A stretch of 64,000 bases of DNA, from the IMG/VR virus record IMGVR_UViG_3300032167_000048; one strand, given 5' to 3'. The stretch is from a virus (lineage: Duplodnaviria; Caudoviricetes). Position 1 is the stretch's first letter, and each line of letters begins with the position of its first letter. The notes beneath the pieces were generated by a model. The model saw only the letters and a list, made by a program, of their open reading frames with translations, made no database searches and was not told where the DNA came from. Positions 18,528-28,739 of the stretch are shown in pieces. The translations under genes were made by a program, and so were the position numbers.

Positions 18528-18618
18528 GATAAGGTGGCAGAGCTGGTTTAATGCACCAGATTGCTAATCTGGCGTACTTTGTTTAAAAGTACCGTGGGGT
18601 CGTAGCCCACCCTTATCG
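18528..18618 (+). tRNA. tRNA-Ser(GCT)
   Basis: CCAGA-TTGCTAA-TCTGG, long variable arm, atypical T-loop GTCGTAG. Confidence 0.8.
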
Positions 18619-18623
18619 TTTTT

Positions 18624-18813
18624 GTCGCCATAGAGACGTAAAACCTATGGTAGCGTTCTCTGCTGCGGAGAATGAAAATATGAGCAGAATAACGGAAAAG
18701 CTGGGGCGTACTCAGTAGTCATGCATTTGACACGTCAAGGTGAAAGAGGTATTGCGGTACACTACGCATTAGAAATAGTGAGAAGCCATGAGCAAGACAT
18801 GAATATCTTGCAA
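18624..18813 (+). ncRNA. Candidate structured ncRNA within the tRNA cluster
   Basis: GC-richer non-coding 190 nt with several hairpins; not a cloverleaf. Confidence 0.45.
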
Positions 18814-18817
18814 ATTT

Positions 18818-18901
18818 GCTGTGTTGGCTCAATTGGTACAGCAGCGGTCTTGAAAACCGCCATTCCGAAAGGATATCTGAGTTCAAGTCTCAGGCACAGC
18901 G
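18818..18901 (+). tRNA. tRNA-Ser(TGA)
   Basis: GCGGT-CTTGAAA-ACCGC with a variable arm. Confidence 0.9.
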
Positions 18902-18910
18902 TTTTTTTAT

Positions 18911-18991
18911 GCTGGTGTCGCATAGTGGTTAATTGCGGTAGATTTGTAATCTACTCCGAAAGGTACGTGAGTTCGAATCTCACCATCAGCT
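18911..18991 (+). tRNA. tRNA-Thr(TGT) with an extended variable arm
   Basis: GTAGA-TTTGTAA-TCTAC; acceptor GCTGGTG/CATCAGC. Confidence 0.8.
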
Positions 18992-19004
18992 TGATTTATA
19001 ATAT

Positions 19005-19077
19005 TCTTCTTTAGCTCAGTAGGTAGAGCATTCGGCTGTTAACCGAAGTGTCGTTGGTTCAAGTCCAACAAGAAGAG
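19005..19077 (+). tRNA. tRNA-Asn(GTT)
   Basis: TTCGG-CTGTTAA-CCGAA. Confidence 0.9.
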
Positions 19078-19082
19078 TTCAT

Positions 19083-19155
19083 GGGGTGTTAGCTCAGTTG
19101 GGAGAGCGCCTGCCTTGCACGCAGGAGGTCAAGGGTTCGACCCCCTTATGCTCCA
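19083..19155 (+). tRNA. tRNA-Ala(TGC)
   Basis: CCTGC-CTTGCAC-GCAGG; G3:U70. Confidence 0.92.
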
Positions 19156-19160
19156 TTTTA

Positions 19161-19235
19161 TGCGGGATAGAGCAGTCTGGTAGCTCGCTAGCCTCATAAG
19201 CTAGAGGTCGGTGGTTCAAATCCACCTCTCCGCAA
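19161..19235 (+). tRNA. tRNA-Met(CAT) with an initiator-like D arm
   Basis: CTAGC-CTCATAA-GCTAG. Confidence 0.85.
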
Positions 19236-19263
19236 TGATAATAAAAAATGAATGAAATAAAAG

Positions 19264-20487
19264 GTGAAAAGTATGAATGAATTAAAAAAGTTAGAACATG
19301 AAAGTGAAGAGCAATATCTTTGGAAAGTTGGTCAGCTTATTGATTCTAAAAGGGTAGAAAGCTGGGCTTCTGTTAATGATATTGTAAATAAGCAGCTTGG
19401 GATTGATGAAGAAAAATGGCGAGATGAAAGTTCGTTTAGAAAGCGTTATCAAGCTGCTAAAAAATTTTATGAAAATTGTTTTTCGAAAATGGAATCAAAA
19501 GAATATTCTGATAAATTAGAAAAACAATGTAGAGAATTAGAAAAACAACGTCAAAAATTGTATGCTACAAAAACAGAATATACTAGACAAGTTAGACAGC
19601 AAAGTAGATTTGAATTATTTTATGAAAATATTGCAAACGAATTAGAAAAAATTGAAGTTCCAGAATTTATTGGATTTGATTATTCATATGGCGATAATCA
19701 ATATATTTTAACGATTGCAGATATACATGCTGGTGCTAATTTTATAACAGAAACAAATGAATATTCTTTTGAAGAAATTAATAAAAGATTTAATAAATTA
19801 TATAATGATGTTGTTGCATTTATTGATAAAAATAAGTTAAGTTATTTAAAGGTGTTGTGTCTTGGTGATGATATTCAAGGTATTTTAAGATTAAGTGATT
19901 TACAGATTAATGAATCATCAGTTGTTAAAGCAACTGTATTCGTATCTAAAGCAATTGCATCTTTCTTAAATTCATTGTCTCAATATTGTTATATTGATTA
20001 TTACCATTGTCCTACATCAAATCATTCTCAGATTAGACCACTTGGAACAAAAGCAAGTGAAATTGCTTCTGAGGATGTAGAATACATAATTTGTAATTAT
20101 ATTAAAGATGTGCTTGTTGATAATGATAGAATTCATGTGCATACTAATTTTGGATATGAATATATTGAAATTCCAATTTTTAATTTTAATACAATAGCTA
20201 TGCATGGTCATACTATTAAAAACATTGATACTTCTTTAAAAGATTTAACTTATCATAGAAAGAAATTTTATACTACTATGTTTTTAGCACATTATCATGC
20301 TGCTAAAACTGGTGTTGTAGGAGAAATGTCTGATACAGATTGTGAGGTTATTGTATGTCCTAGTTTTGTTGGAAGTTGTCCTTATAGTGACAAATTATTA
20401 AAAGGCGCAAAACCATCTTGTTATATTTTAGGATATGATGAGAAATACGGTCATACAGAAACTTACAAGATTTTTTTAAACAATTAA
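19264..20487 (+). CDS. Calcineurin-like metallophosphoesterase with an N-terminal coiled coil
   Basis: DIH, GDD, SNH, HGH and HYH metal-binding motifs. Confidence 0.8.
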   Translation: MKSMNELKKLEHESEEQYLWKVGQLIDSKRVESWASVNDIVNKQLGIDEEKWRDESSFRKRYQAAKKFYENCFSKMESKEYSDKLEKQCRELEKQRQKLYATKTEYTRQVRQQSRFELFYENIANELEKIEVPEFIGFDYSYGDNQYILTIADIHAGANFITETNEYSFEEINKRFNKLYNDVVAFIDKNKLSYLKVLCLGDDIQGILRLSDLQINESSVVKATVFVSKAIASFLNSLSQYCYIDYYHCPTSNHSQIRPLGTKASEIASEDVEYIICNYIKDVLVDNDRIHVHTNFGYEYIEIPIFNFNTIAMHGHTIKNIDTSLKDLTYHRKKFYTTMFLAHYHAAKTGVVGEMSDTDCEVIVCPSFVGSCPYSDKLLKGAKPSCYILGYDEKYGHTETYKIFLNN

Positions 20488-20545
20488 GGTTATATTGATA
20501 AAATGAAACAGTGTCAACATTCCATTAGTAAAGGTGGTGTTGCCA

Positions 20546-21550
20546 ATGGCTAAAGAAAAGACAATAAAAGAAAAATATGAATGTATTTTATGTGGTAAGT
20601 CATATGTAAATACAAATTATTATAGCTCTAATAGTATATTTTATAGCAAAACTGGTAAACTACCATTTTGCAAACAATGTATGGAGAGATTATATCAACA
20701 ATATTATAATAAATATATGGAAGACGGATATTCGTTTCCAGAGAAAAAAGCTGTTAAAAGATTATGTATGGCTTTTGACATCTATTATAAAGAAGATGTA
20801 TTTAATTCCGCTCTTAGGAATTATAAAGAAAGCGATGTAACAAAATCTCCAATGACTCAATATATGAGAATGATACAGCTTACTCAATATAATCGTAATA
20901 ATGAAACATATGAAGATACTTTAAGAAAAGAAGAGTTGTTGAATGTTCCAACTATAAGTGCTCCAGTCGAATCTAATAATGATGATTTTGAAGTGGATGA
21001 AAAAACAATTATGTTTTTTGGTGCTGGATTTACGCCAGAGGATTATATATTCTTGAAAAGAGAATATGAAGATTGGACTGCCAGACATGAATGTCAAACA
21101 AAAGCTCAAGAAGAAGTATTTAAGGATATATGTTTTAACAGATTACAAAACTTAAAAGCATTACGAAAAGGCGAAGAAACAAAAGATATTACAGCTGCAT
21201 TCCAGAAGCTAATGGATTCTGGTAAATTGCAACCAAAGCAGAACAAAGGTGACGCTATGGCTGATAATCAAACTTTTGGTACGCTTATTGATAAATGGGA
21301 GAATACTCGTCCTCTTCCAGAAATTGATGAAGAATTGAAAGATGTAGATAAAATAGGTAATTACATCGATATATTCTTTAAGGGTCATTTAGCAAAAATG
21401 ATGGGCTTAAAAAATGGTTTATCAAATTTATATACAGAATTTATGAAAAAGTATACAGTTGAAAAGCCAGAATATAGTGACGAGGAAAATAGTGAAGTTT
21501 TATTTGATGCTATATTTGGAAATCCAGCTTCTAATTTAGATGATGATTAG
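20546..21550 (+). CDS. Zn-finger protein, probable terminase small subunit
   Basis: CILC...CKQC; directly upstream of TerL; AAGGTGG RBS favours the ATG at 20546. Confidence 0.55.
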   Translation: MAKEKTIKEKYECILCGKSYVNTNYYSSNSIFYSKTGKLPFCKQCMERLYQQYYNKYMEDGYSFPEKKAVKRLCMAFDIYYKEDVFNSALRNYKESDVTKSPMTQYMRMIQLTQYNRNNETYEDTLRKEELLNVPTISAPVESNNDDFEVDEKTIMFFGAGFTPEDYIFLKREYEDWTARHECQTKAQEEVFKDICFNRLQNLKALRKGEETKDITAAFQKLMDSGKLQPKQNKGDAMADNQTFGTLIDKWENTRPLPEIDEELKDVDKIGNYIDIFFKGHLAKMMGLKNGLSNLYTEFMKKYTVEKPEYSDEENSEVLFDAIFGNPASNLDDD

Positions 21551-21561
21551 GGGGTGGTTTT

Positions 21562-23348
21562 ATGAATATGCAACAAAAAAAATCTGAAAGACAACTTGCA
21601 AATGAAAAATCAGAAAGAATAATGAATGGTGTTGCATATTGGTAGCTTGAGCATCTTTTTATCGTTATAATCCGCATAGATTTGTAAAAGATTATTTAAA
21701 TATAAATCTAAGATTATTTCAAAAGATATTATTGTATGCAATGATGCACAATCATTATTTTATGTATATTGCTGCTCGTGGGCAGGGTAAAACCTACCTT
21801 ACAGCTTTATTTTGTGTTGTTAGATGTATTTTATTTCCTAAAACAAAAATATGTGTAGCATCTGCAACACGTTCTCAGGCAAACGAAGTTCTTTTAAAAA
21901 TAACAGAAGACTTCATGAAGACCCATGAGTGGGGGTCTGAAAACTTAAAGCGTGAAATTACATACGCTTCTGTAGGTATAAATAAAGCAGTTATTGAATT
22001 TGCTAATGGTTCATGGATAAAAGTTGTTACAGCATCTGACTCTGGTCGTGGTGCTAGATGTAATATTCTGTTGGTTGATGAGTTCCGTATGGTTGATTTG
22101 GATACTATCAATACAGTATTAAGACGATTCTTAACAGCTCCTAGAGAACCAAACTATTTACATAATCCAAAATACAAACACTTAAAAGAACGAAATAAAG
22201 AATTGTATATGAGTTCTGCATGGTACAAATCACACTGGTCTTTTGATAAGGCTAAGGCGTATGTAGTAAACTTATTAGATGATACAAAGAAATATTTCAT
22301 ATGTGGTCTTCCATATCAGATATCTATTAAAGAGGGTCTTTTGTTTAGAGAGCAGATTGAGGATGAAATGTCTGAAGCTGACTTTGACCCATTAAAATTC
22401 TCTATGGAAATGGATTGTTTATGGTTTGGAGATACAGAGGGTGCTTTCTTCACATTTGATGATGTGTCTGGAAGAAGAATGCTAAAGAATGCTGTTTATC
22501 CAACTTCTTTGGCTGGAAGCAGCAGAAATTTAAAAATACCAGAACTTGTTACAAATGAACGTAGAATTTTATCTGTGGATATTGCTTTGATGGCTTCTAA
22601 AAAACAGAACAATGACGCAAGTGCTATTATAATTAATAGTGCTATTCCAACTAATAATAATAATTATACATCTAATGTTATATATATGGAAAATCATGAA
22701 GGATTAACTACTGATGAATTAGCTTTGGTAGTGCGTAGATTATATGATATGTATAAATGTACTGATTTAGTTGTCGATACAAATGGTGTTGGACTTTCTG
22801 TTTTTGACATGTTGATTCAAGACATAGTTGACCCCACTACTGGCGAGTTATATCCAGCTCTTTCCTGCTGTAATGATAAGGCTATGGCTGAAAGATGCAA
22901 GGTGTATAATGCTCCAAAGGTAATATGGTCAATCAAGGCAAGTGCTTCATTTAATACCGAAATATGTACGCTTCTTCGTAGTGGATTCCAGAATGGTAAA
23001 ATTAATTTACTTATTTCAGAATTTGAAGCGGAAGAATTTTTAAAAGATAAGATTAAAGGTTATAGCAAAATGCCAGCTTATGAACAATTGCAATATAAGT
23101 TACCATATATACAGACAACTTTGCTTATATATGAGCTTATAAATCTTGAATATGAGATTAGAGGCACAAATGTTAAGATAACAGAAAAAGCTGGTATGCG
23201 AAAGGATAGATACTCTTCTCTCGCATATAATTATTGGGTTCAGTGTCAACTTGAACGAGAAATGTTAAAAAATCAAAAGATTGGTTTTGATGCTTATGAT
23301 TATGCGTCAAAATTAAGAAAATTAAATCATAGACCGATAACATACTAA
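21562..23348 (+). CDS. terL: Terminase large subunit with the reading frame interrupted at 21643-21650
   Basis: Walker A AARGQGKT, Walker B LLVDE, nuclease SVDIA...KDRYSS. An N-terminal segment 21562-21642 (with RBS) joins the 21651-23348 frame if 8 nt are skipped. Confidence 0.85.
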
Positions 23349-23372
23349 TTCTAAAGGAGGTGAGATATCACT

Positions 23373-24920
23373 TTGAGTAAAACAAAAGATATTATTGTTT
23401 ATAATGAAGCAAATTATAAGGACGACAAAGATAAATTTGAAAAGTCAATGCAGTCTGGAAAACTTGATTTAGCTGTGTTTCACAGATTAATGACACATGA
23501 CCTTTGTGTGCACACTAGCATTATTGATAATGGTTGTATTGGAGATGTTAGTTTAAAAGATGTAGAACTTGCATTGAAATATCCAAAAAAGGGTTGGAAA
23601 ATTCTTCTTAAAGCATCATCAGAACTCATGAGAGTCTCACCGCATTACTTTAGAATGAACAATCTATATTCTAATATGGCTTTATTTTGTTGGGGAATAG
23701 ATTTATATGATGTAAAAGAAAACGCTAATGTTAAAAAAGTAAAAAAAGATTATTCAACTTTGTCAGCTAAATTAGAAAATATGAATTTAAAGCATGAATA
23801 TTCTAAAATAATGAAGGTTATACCTTATCAAGATATTTATTGTGGACTAGTGTTTGAAAATCAAAATGATTTCTTCTTTCAACAAATAGATTATAAAATT
23901 TGCGAATTATACAAAATTCAAGATGGCTTATTTAATTTTAGAATTGATTTAAGTCAGATAAAAGCTCAGAATTTAGACGCATATCCAACATATGTAAAGC
24001 AGGCATATCTTGATTATATTGAAGCGGTTAAGGCTAATAAGGCTGTATCTCAATGGTATGAGCCGCCAGCAGATAAACAAATTTGTTTAAAAATGAATAG
24101 TCAGTGGACATTCCCTTATCCGTTATTAATTGGGTTAATCAAAGATGTTTTAGATTTAGATATTTATAAAAAATTAAAATTACAGTCGGCAAGAACTGAT
24201 AACTATAAGGCTATTGCGGTTGAAGTTCCTATTGATGAAACTACAGTTGATAAGCCGCTTCTTACTCCAGATACTCTTGGTATTTTTGCAGATATCAATA
24301 GAGAAAGTATGACGGATGATATTGGTCTTCTTCATACTCTGGGCTCTAGCGCTACGCCTATTAGTTTTAAAGATTCAACAAATACAAGAAACAATGTTTC
24401 TGATGCAATAGATGAACTTTATAATTCAAGTGGTATTACAAAAGAACTTTATAATGGTTCTTCTAGTGCTACTGCTCTTGGGTATTCAGTAGAAAATGAT
24501 TCTGGGTTTATCTATGGCTTATATAGACAATTTGAACGTTGGACTAATCGCTTTATAAAGATTAGAAAGTATAATAAACCAGCTTTCAAATTCTACTTTT
24601 ATCTTTTAGATGTTACCATTTTTAATCGTGATAATATTTCTAATAGATATAAAGACGCGATTTCTTTAGGGGCTACTGTTATAGATAAATGGATGGCTTC
24701 TTTAGATATGACTCCATCTCGTATGTTGGGGTCATTTGTATTACATAAAGACGTTTTTGATTTTCAAAATAATTTTATACCACTTCAGTCTTCATTTAAT
24801 AGTAATGCAGAAAATGCAACAGAAGATAAATCTGGAAGACCTACTAATGAAAGCAAAGGTAAGAAACTAGATGAAAGTGGAGAAAAAACCAAAGATTTAG
24901 ATTCAAATAAAGACAGATAA
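23373..24920 (+). CDS. Portal protein
   Basis: 515 aa, follows TerL, AAGGAGGTG RBS, GRPT acidic tail. Confidence 0.75.
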   Translation: MSKTKDIIVYNEANYKDDKDKFEKSMQSGKLDLAVFHRLMTHDLCVHTSIIDNGCIGDVSLKDVELALKYPKKGWKILLKASSELMRVSPHYFRMNNLYSNMALFCWGIDLYDVKENANVKKVKKDYSTLSAKLENMNLKHEYSKIMKVIPYQDIYCGLVFENQNDFFFQQIDYKICELYKIQDGLFNFRIDLSQIKAQNLDAYPTYVKQAYLDYIEAVKANKAVSQWYEPPADKQICLKMNSQWTFPYPLLIGLIKDVLDLDIYKKLKLQSARTDNYKAIAVEVPIDETTVDKPLLTPDTLGIFADINRESMTDDIGLLHTLGSSATPISFKDSTNTRNNVSDAIDELYNSSGITKELYNGSSSATALGYSVENDSGFIYGLYRQFERWTNRFIKIRKYNKPAFKFYFYLLDVTIFNRDNISNRYKDAISLGATVIDKWMASLDMTPSRMLGSFVLHKDVFDFQNNFIPLQSSFNSNAENATEDKSGRPTNESKGKKLDESGEKTKDLDSNKDR

Positions 24921-24931
24921 GGAGGATTGTT

Positions 24932-26482
24932 ATGGCAGAATCAAAAATTAAAAAATCTGCATTATCCTTTCCTGTCACATTTGAAAAAACTGAGGAAATT
25001 GAAAGTGCAGATTGTAGATTTACAAAAGTAAAGATTTGGTTAATGCACCTTGGAGAAAACTTTAATGGCAGTGTTTTTGAAAAGGATGTTGTAGACAAGG
25101 CTATCCCTACTCTTGGATATATACCAATTGTTGCCTTTTTAGAACAAAATAAAACTGGAGAAAAGGATTGTTCTAATCACAGATATGTCATTACAAAAGA
25201 TGACAAAGGTGTTAGAAGAAAATATGTAGGAAATGCATATGGCGTAATTACATCTTCAGAAGATAATAATGCTCATTATGAGGAGCGCTTGTGCGATGAT
25301 GGGGAAACTCGTACATTTTTAGTTGTTGACGGTTTGGTTTGGAATATGTTTGAAGACAGTTCTGAAATAATGAACCGTGATTTAATTAAGAGTCAGTCAA
25401 TGGAGTTATACGATGATGGTTCTTGTATTGACGGATATGAAGATGAAAATGGTCTTTTCCATTTTACAGATTTTTCATTTAGAGCCGCTTGTATTTTGGG
25501 TGATGATTACGACCCAGCAATGATTAACTCTACTATTGAGGTTCAGTTCGCTATGAGTGATTTTGTTAAGAGTATTCAGAGTGAACTTGACTATAAATTT
25601 ACTACTTTCACCAAGATGGTGAATGAAAAAACTAATCAAGGAGGTATTAAAAATATGCCAAATACAGATTTTACTCAGACTGTATTGCAGCAGTTTGAAG
25701 ATATTTCCACGATGGTAAAAGAATATGAAGCTATTGTAGATAGATGGGGAGATTCAAGACCTCGCTACTATGCAGTAGATATTCAGGAAAACGAAGTAAT
25801 TGTAGTTGATAGAAAATCTGGATACAATTATTTTGGTATGGCATTTACCATGAATGGTGATAAGGCAGAAATTGACTTTGCCAGTGGAAAAAGAAAGAAA
25901 CTTCGTTATGAAGATTATGTTGAGGGAACTGTAGCACCAGAAGGTGGATTTGATTTTGGAAATCACATTTCTGAAATTGAAGATGTTGCATTTGCTAAAG
26001 TAGAAGATGCAAATACAAAAGTTTCTGAAGCAGAAGAAAAAGCTTCTGAATTTGAAGCAAAAGTTTCTGAATTTGAAACAAAGGTTTCTGAATTTGAAGC
26101 TGCTAAAAATGAGATTGAAGAAAAATACAATCAGGTTAATGCAGAATTTGAAGAAATGAAGCCAAAATACGATGACTATGTTAAAGCTGAACAGGCTCGT
26201 GTTGAAGCAGAGTTAGATGCTCAGAAAGTTGCTGAATTTGCAAAATATGAAACTATTTTAACTGATGATGTTGAGTTCGAAGCTTTAAAAGAAAAGAAAG
26301 ACGAAATGACAGTTAAAGAAATTGAAAGCGAATTAGCAATTATGTTTGCAAGAAAAACTCTTGCACAGACAAACTTTAGTAAAACTAAAGAAGACGGAAT
26401 GATGACTGCTGGAATTATTGACGATTCTGGTAAAGACGGTTTCGTTGCAACAAAATATGGATATATTCCAGTAAGACGATAA
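24932..26482 (+). CDS. Prohead protease/scaffold fusion
   Basis: HLGENFNGS, QSMEL, ACILG...PAM N-domain; acidic coiled coil with KVSEFEA repeats. Confidence 0.75.
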   Translation: MAESKIKKSALSFPVTFEKTEEIESADCRFTKVKIWLMHLGENFNGSVFEKDVVDKAIPTLGYIPIVAFLEQNKTGEKDCSNHRYVITKDDKGVRRKYVGNAYGVITSSEDNNAHYEERLCDDGETRTFLVVDGLVWNMFEDSSEIMNRDLIKSQSMELYDDGSCIDGYEDENGLFHFTDFSFRAACILGDDYDPAMINSTIEVQFAMSDFVKSIQSELDYKFTTFTKMVNEKTNQGGIKNMPNTDFTQTVLQQFEDISTMVKEYEAIVDRWGDSRPRYYAVDIQENEVIVVDRKSGYNYFGMAFTMNGDKAEIDFASGKRKKLRYEDYVEGTVAPEGGFDFGNHISEIEDVAFAKVEDANTKVSEAEEKASEFEAKVSEFETKVSEFEAAKNEIEEKYNQVNAEFEEMKPKYDDYVKAEQARVEAELDAQKVAEFAKYETILTDDVEFEALKEKKDEMTVKEIESELAIMFARKTLAQTNFSKTKEDGMMTAGIIDDSGKDGFVATKYGYIPVRR

Positions 26483-26516
26483 TAAAAATAAAATGAATAT
26501 TTAGGAGGAAAACGAC

Positions 26517-27044
26517 ATGGCAGTACATGCAGTTTGTGAAACTACTAATCTTAGAGCTGTTCATTATGCAGAACGTATCTGGGACGCAGTAGCTGATATT
26601 GATATTGATAATGGTACAATTGGATACCTTGAAAACCCTTCTGATGAAGGAGTTATTCACACATTTAAAGCTGGTACAATGGAAGGTAAAGCTCCAGTTC
26701 TTGTTCACATGCCAGAATGGACAGAAGATACTACAAACAGACTTAATCAGAGAAAAGATAAATTCTTTAATCCAGCTAAAGTTCCTTTCAGAGCTTTCAC
26801 ACTTAAAGAAGGTGATGAATTTGCACTTTCTCCAGAAGGATTCGCTGGTGAACCAGTAGTTGGTAAATATGTTTCTGTTAATGCAGATGGTAAATTAGCA
26901 GTTGCAGATGCTCCAGTTGAAGGTGCAGTAATGGTTGGTAAAATTATGAGAAAACGTCAGATTGGTTCTACTCTTGTTACAAAAGTACGTGAATATGGTT
27001 ATGCTCGTATGATGTACACAGTAAAAGTAGAATCTTTAGCTTAA
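26517..27044 (+). CDS. Head decoration/capsid accessory protein
   Basis: Position, size and DIDNG motif. Confidence 0.6.
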   Translation: MAVHAVCETTNLRAVHYAERIWDAVADIDIDNGTIGYLENPSDEGVIHTFKAGTMEGKAPVLVHMPEWTEDTTNRLNQRKDKFFNPAKVPFRAFTLKEGDEFALSPEGFAGEPVVGKYVSVNADGKLAVADAPVEGAVMVGKIMRKRQIGSTLVTKVREYGYARMMYTVKVESLA

Positions 27045-27069
27045 TTATTAGAAAAGGAGGAAAAATATA

Positions 27070-28116
27070 ATGCCTAGAATGAATTTTAGTACAGACGAAA
27101 TGAGAATTTTTGACCTCACTAATGATTTAGCTAGAGGTGACTTCTCTCTTCACGCAGAAGGTGAAAATGGTGAAAAATTAACAAAGAAAGACCTTGAAGA
27201 CTACGCAAGAGAGACAATTAATAAAGATATTTTAAAAGGTTTAACTCTGTATCAGGCATACAGACGTAATAACACTGTTTTATTTGAAATCGTTGAAGAA
27301 ATCGTAAACCTTACAATTTCTAATGATTTTCAGGATATCCCATTCATGGATAACTTCGTAGAATTTAAGAATCGTGCATTTGGTGATAGAACAGCTTGGT
27401 ATTCTGAAGGTAAGTCATACTTATCTGTAGTTTCTTTTGCTGGAAATCACTGGGATACAAATCGTGAAGCACTTGATGCAGGTGCAGAATTCACACTTCC
27501 AAAGGAATGGGTATACATTCACTGTTATGATGAATTTGAAAGATTCTTACTTAACCTGTCTTCTCTTGAAAGATTAACAGATGTTATTTACAAATCTTTC
27601 AACAAATATATTAAAGAAAGATGCTACATGCAGTTCCAGAACGTAATGGATGTTGTTCCAGAAGAATTTGACGTTAAGGGTAACTCAGAAGAAGCTGTTG
27701 GTGGTCTTTGTGACTTACTTCAGGCTGCTGGCGGATACTCTAACCTTACAATTTGTGGTACAAGAGCTGCATTAAGAAAACTTGCTGGTATCGTTCCAGA
27801 TAGATACTTTGCTGAATCAATGCGTGAAGCAAAGAACAACATGGGTCACATTGCTGAATGGGAAGGACATAAATTAATGGTTATCCCACAGGTTCTTAAA
27901 CAGGGCACATTCGAACTTGCTCTTGACGAAAATACACTTTTCATCATGGGTGGAGATGTTAAACCTATTAAGCTTGAATTTGTTGGTGATACACGTACTC
28001 AGGAAGTTCGCGACCATAGAGTAAACAATGATATGACAATGGAACTTCAGGTTCAGACATGCTTCGGTATTGGTATGATGTTACCAGAAGTATTCGGACG
28101 CTTCCAGTTTGCGTAA
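27070..28116 (+). CDS. Major capsid protein
   Basis: 348 aa, strong RBS, highly biased codon use, position in the head operon. Confidence 0.75.
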   Translation: MPRMNFSTDEMRIFDLTNDLARGDFSLHAEGENGEKLTKKDLEDYARETINKDILKGLTLYQAYRRNNTVLFEIVEEIVNLTISNDFQDIPFMDNFVEFKNRAFGDRTAWYSEGKSYLSVVSFAGNHWDTNREALDAGAEFTLPKEWVYIHCYDEFERFLLNLSSLERLTDVIYKSFNKYIKERCYMQFQNVMDVVPEEFDVKGNSEEAVGGLCDLLQAAGGYSNLTICGTRAALRKLAGIVPDRYFAESMREAKNNMGHIAEWEGHKLMVIPQVLKQGTFELALDENTLFIMGGDVKPIKLEFVGDTRTQEVRDHRVNNDMTMELQVQTCFGIGMMLPEVFGRFQFA

Positions 28117-28160
28117 GAAATAAAGTTATATAGTTTTTAAAAGAAAGGTGGTTTTTAGTT

Positions 28161-28739
28161 ATGGCAAAAGCTAGTACTAAAACTGTTACAGATGAAACAA
28201 TGGAAACAGTTAATAATGTTCCAGAAGTAGATTCTGAAGCAACAGAAAAAGTGAATGAAAATAAAAATAAAAGTACAAAAAAATCAATTAATAAAGAACC
28301 GTTAAAAGATTCTGATGAAATTAACGTTGTATCTCTTATTCCTAATGTTAGTTATAAGGATAATAAGACTCTTGATATGTACGAATGGGATGAGGTTGGT
28401 CATGTTGAACCAATGACTTTTGAAACACTTAAAAATATGTGGAGAAATAACAAAGGGTATTTTAAACATATGTGGCTAAAGCCAGAAGATGAAAGAGTTA
28501 TTAATAAGTTTGGTTTAACTAAAACTTTTGAAAAGTACGAATATTTGATGGATGCTTCTAATTATACTAAAGACAACATTAAAGAAATTTGCGAAGCAAT
28601 TTCAGATACACCAAATGGATTAAAAATTTCTATTTGTGGAAAAGTTAAAAATATGGTTATTAGCGGTGAACTTTCAAATGTTTCTGTTATTAGAGCATTA
28701 GAAAACCATTTAAAAATTGAATTAATTGATTTTCTTTAA
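28161..28739 (+). CDS. Head-associated hypothetical protein
   Basis: Synteny after MCP. Confidence 0.6.
   Translation: MAKASTKTVTDETMETVNNVPEVDSEATEKVNENKNKSTKKSINKEPLKDSDEINVVSLIPNVSYKDNKTLDMYEWDEVGHVEPMTFETLKNMWRNNKGYFKHMWLKPEDERVINKFGLTKTFEKYEYLMDASNYTKDNIKEICEAISDTPNGLKISICGKVKNMVISGELSNVSVIRALENHLKIELIDFL

Noticed and set aside
18247-19014. ORFs 18247..18519 and 18721..19014
   Set aside because: They overlap clear tRNA genes.
21643-21650. Genome-wide stop-codon reassignment explaining the TerL break
   Set aside because: Readthrough would not restore the frame (8 nt). TAG ends normal genes (14436, 21550, 30883), other long ORFs are intact, and none of the 8 tRNAs is a suppressor.
21643-21650. 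Group I/II intron in terL
   Set aside because: The insert is only 8 nt, far too small for a self-splicing intron.
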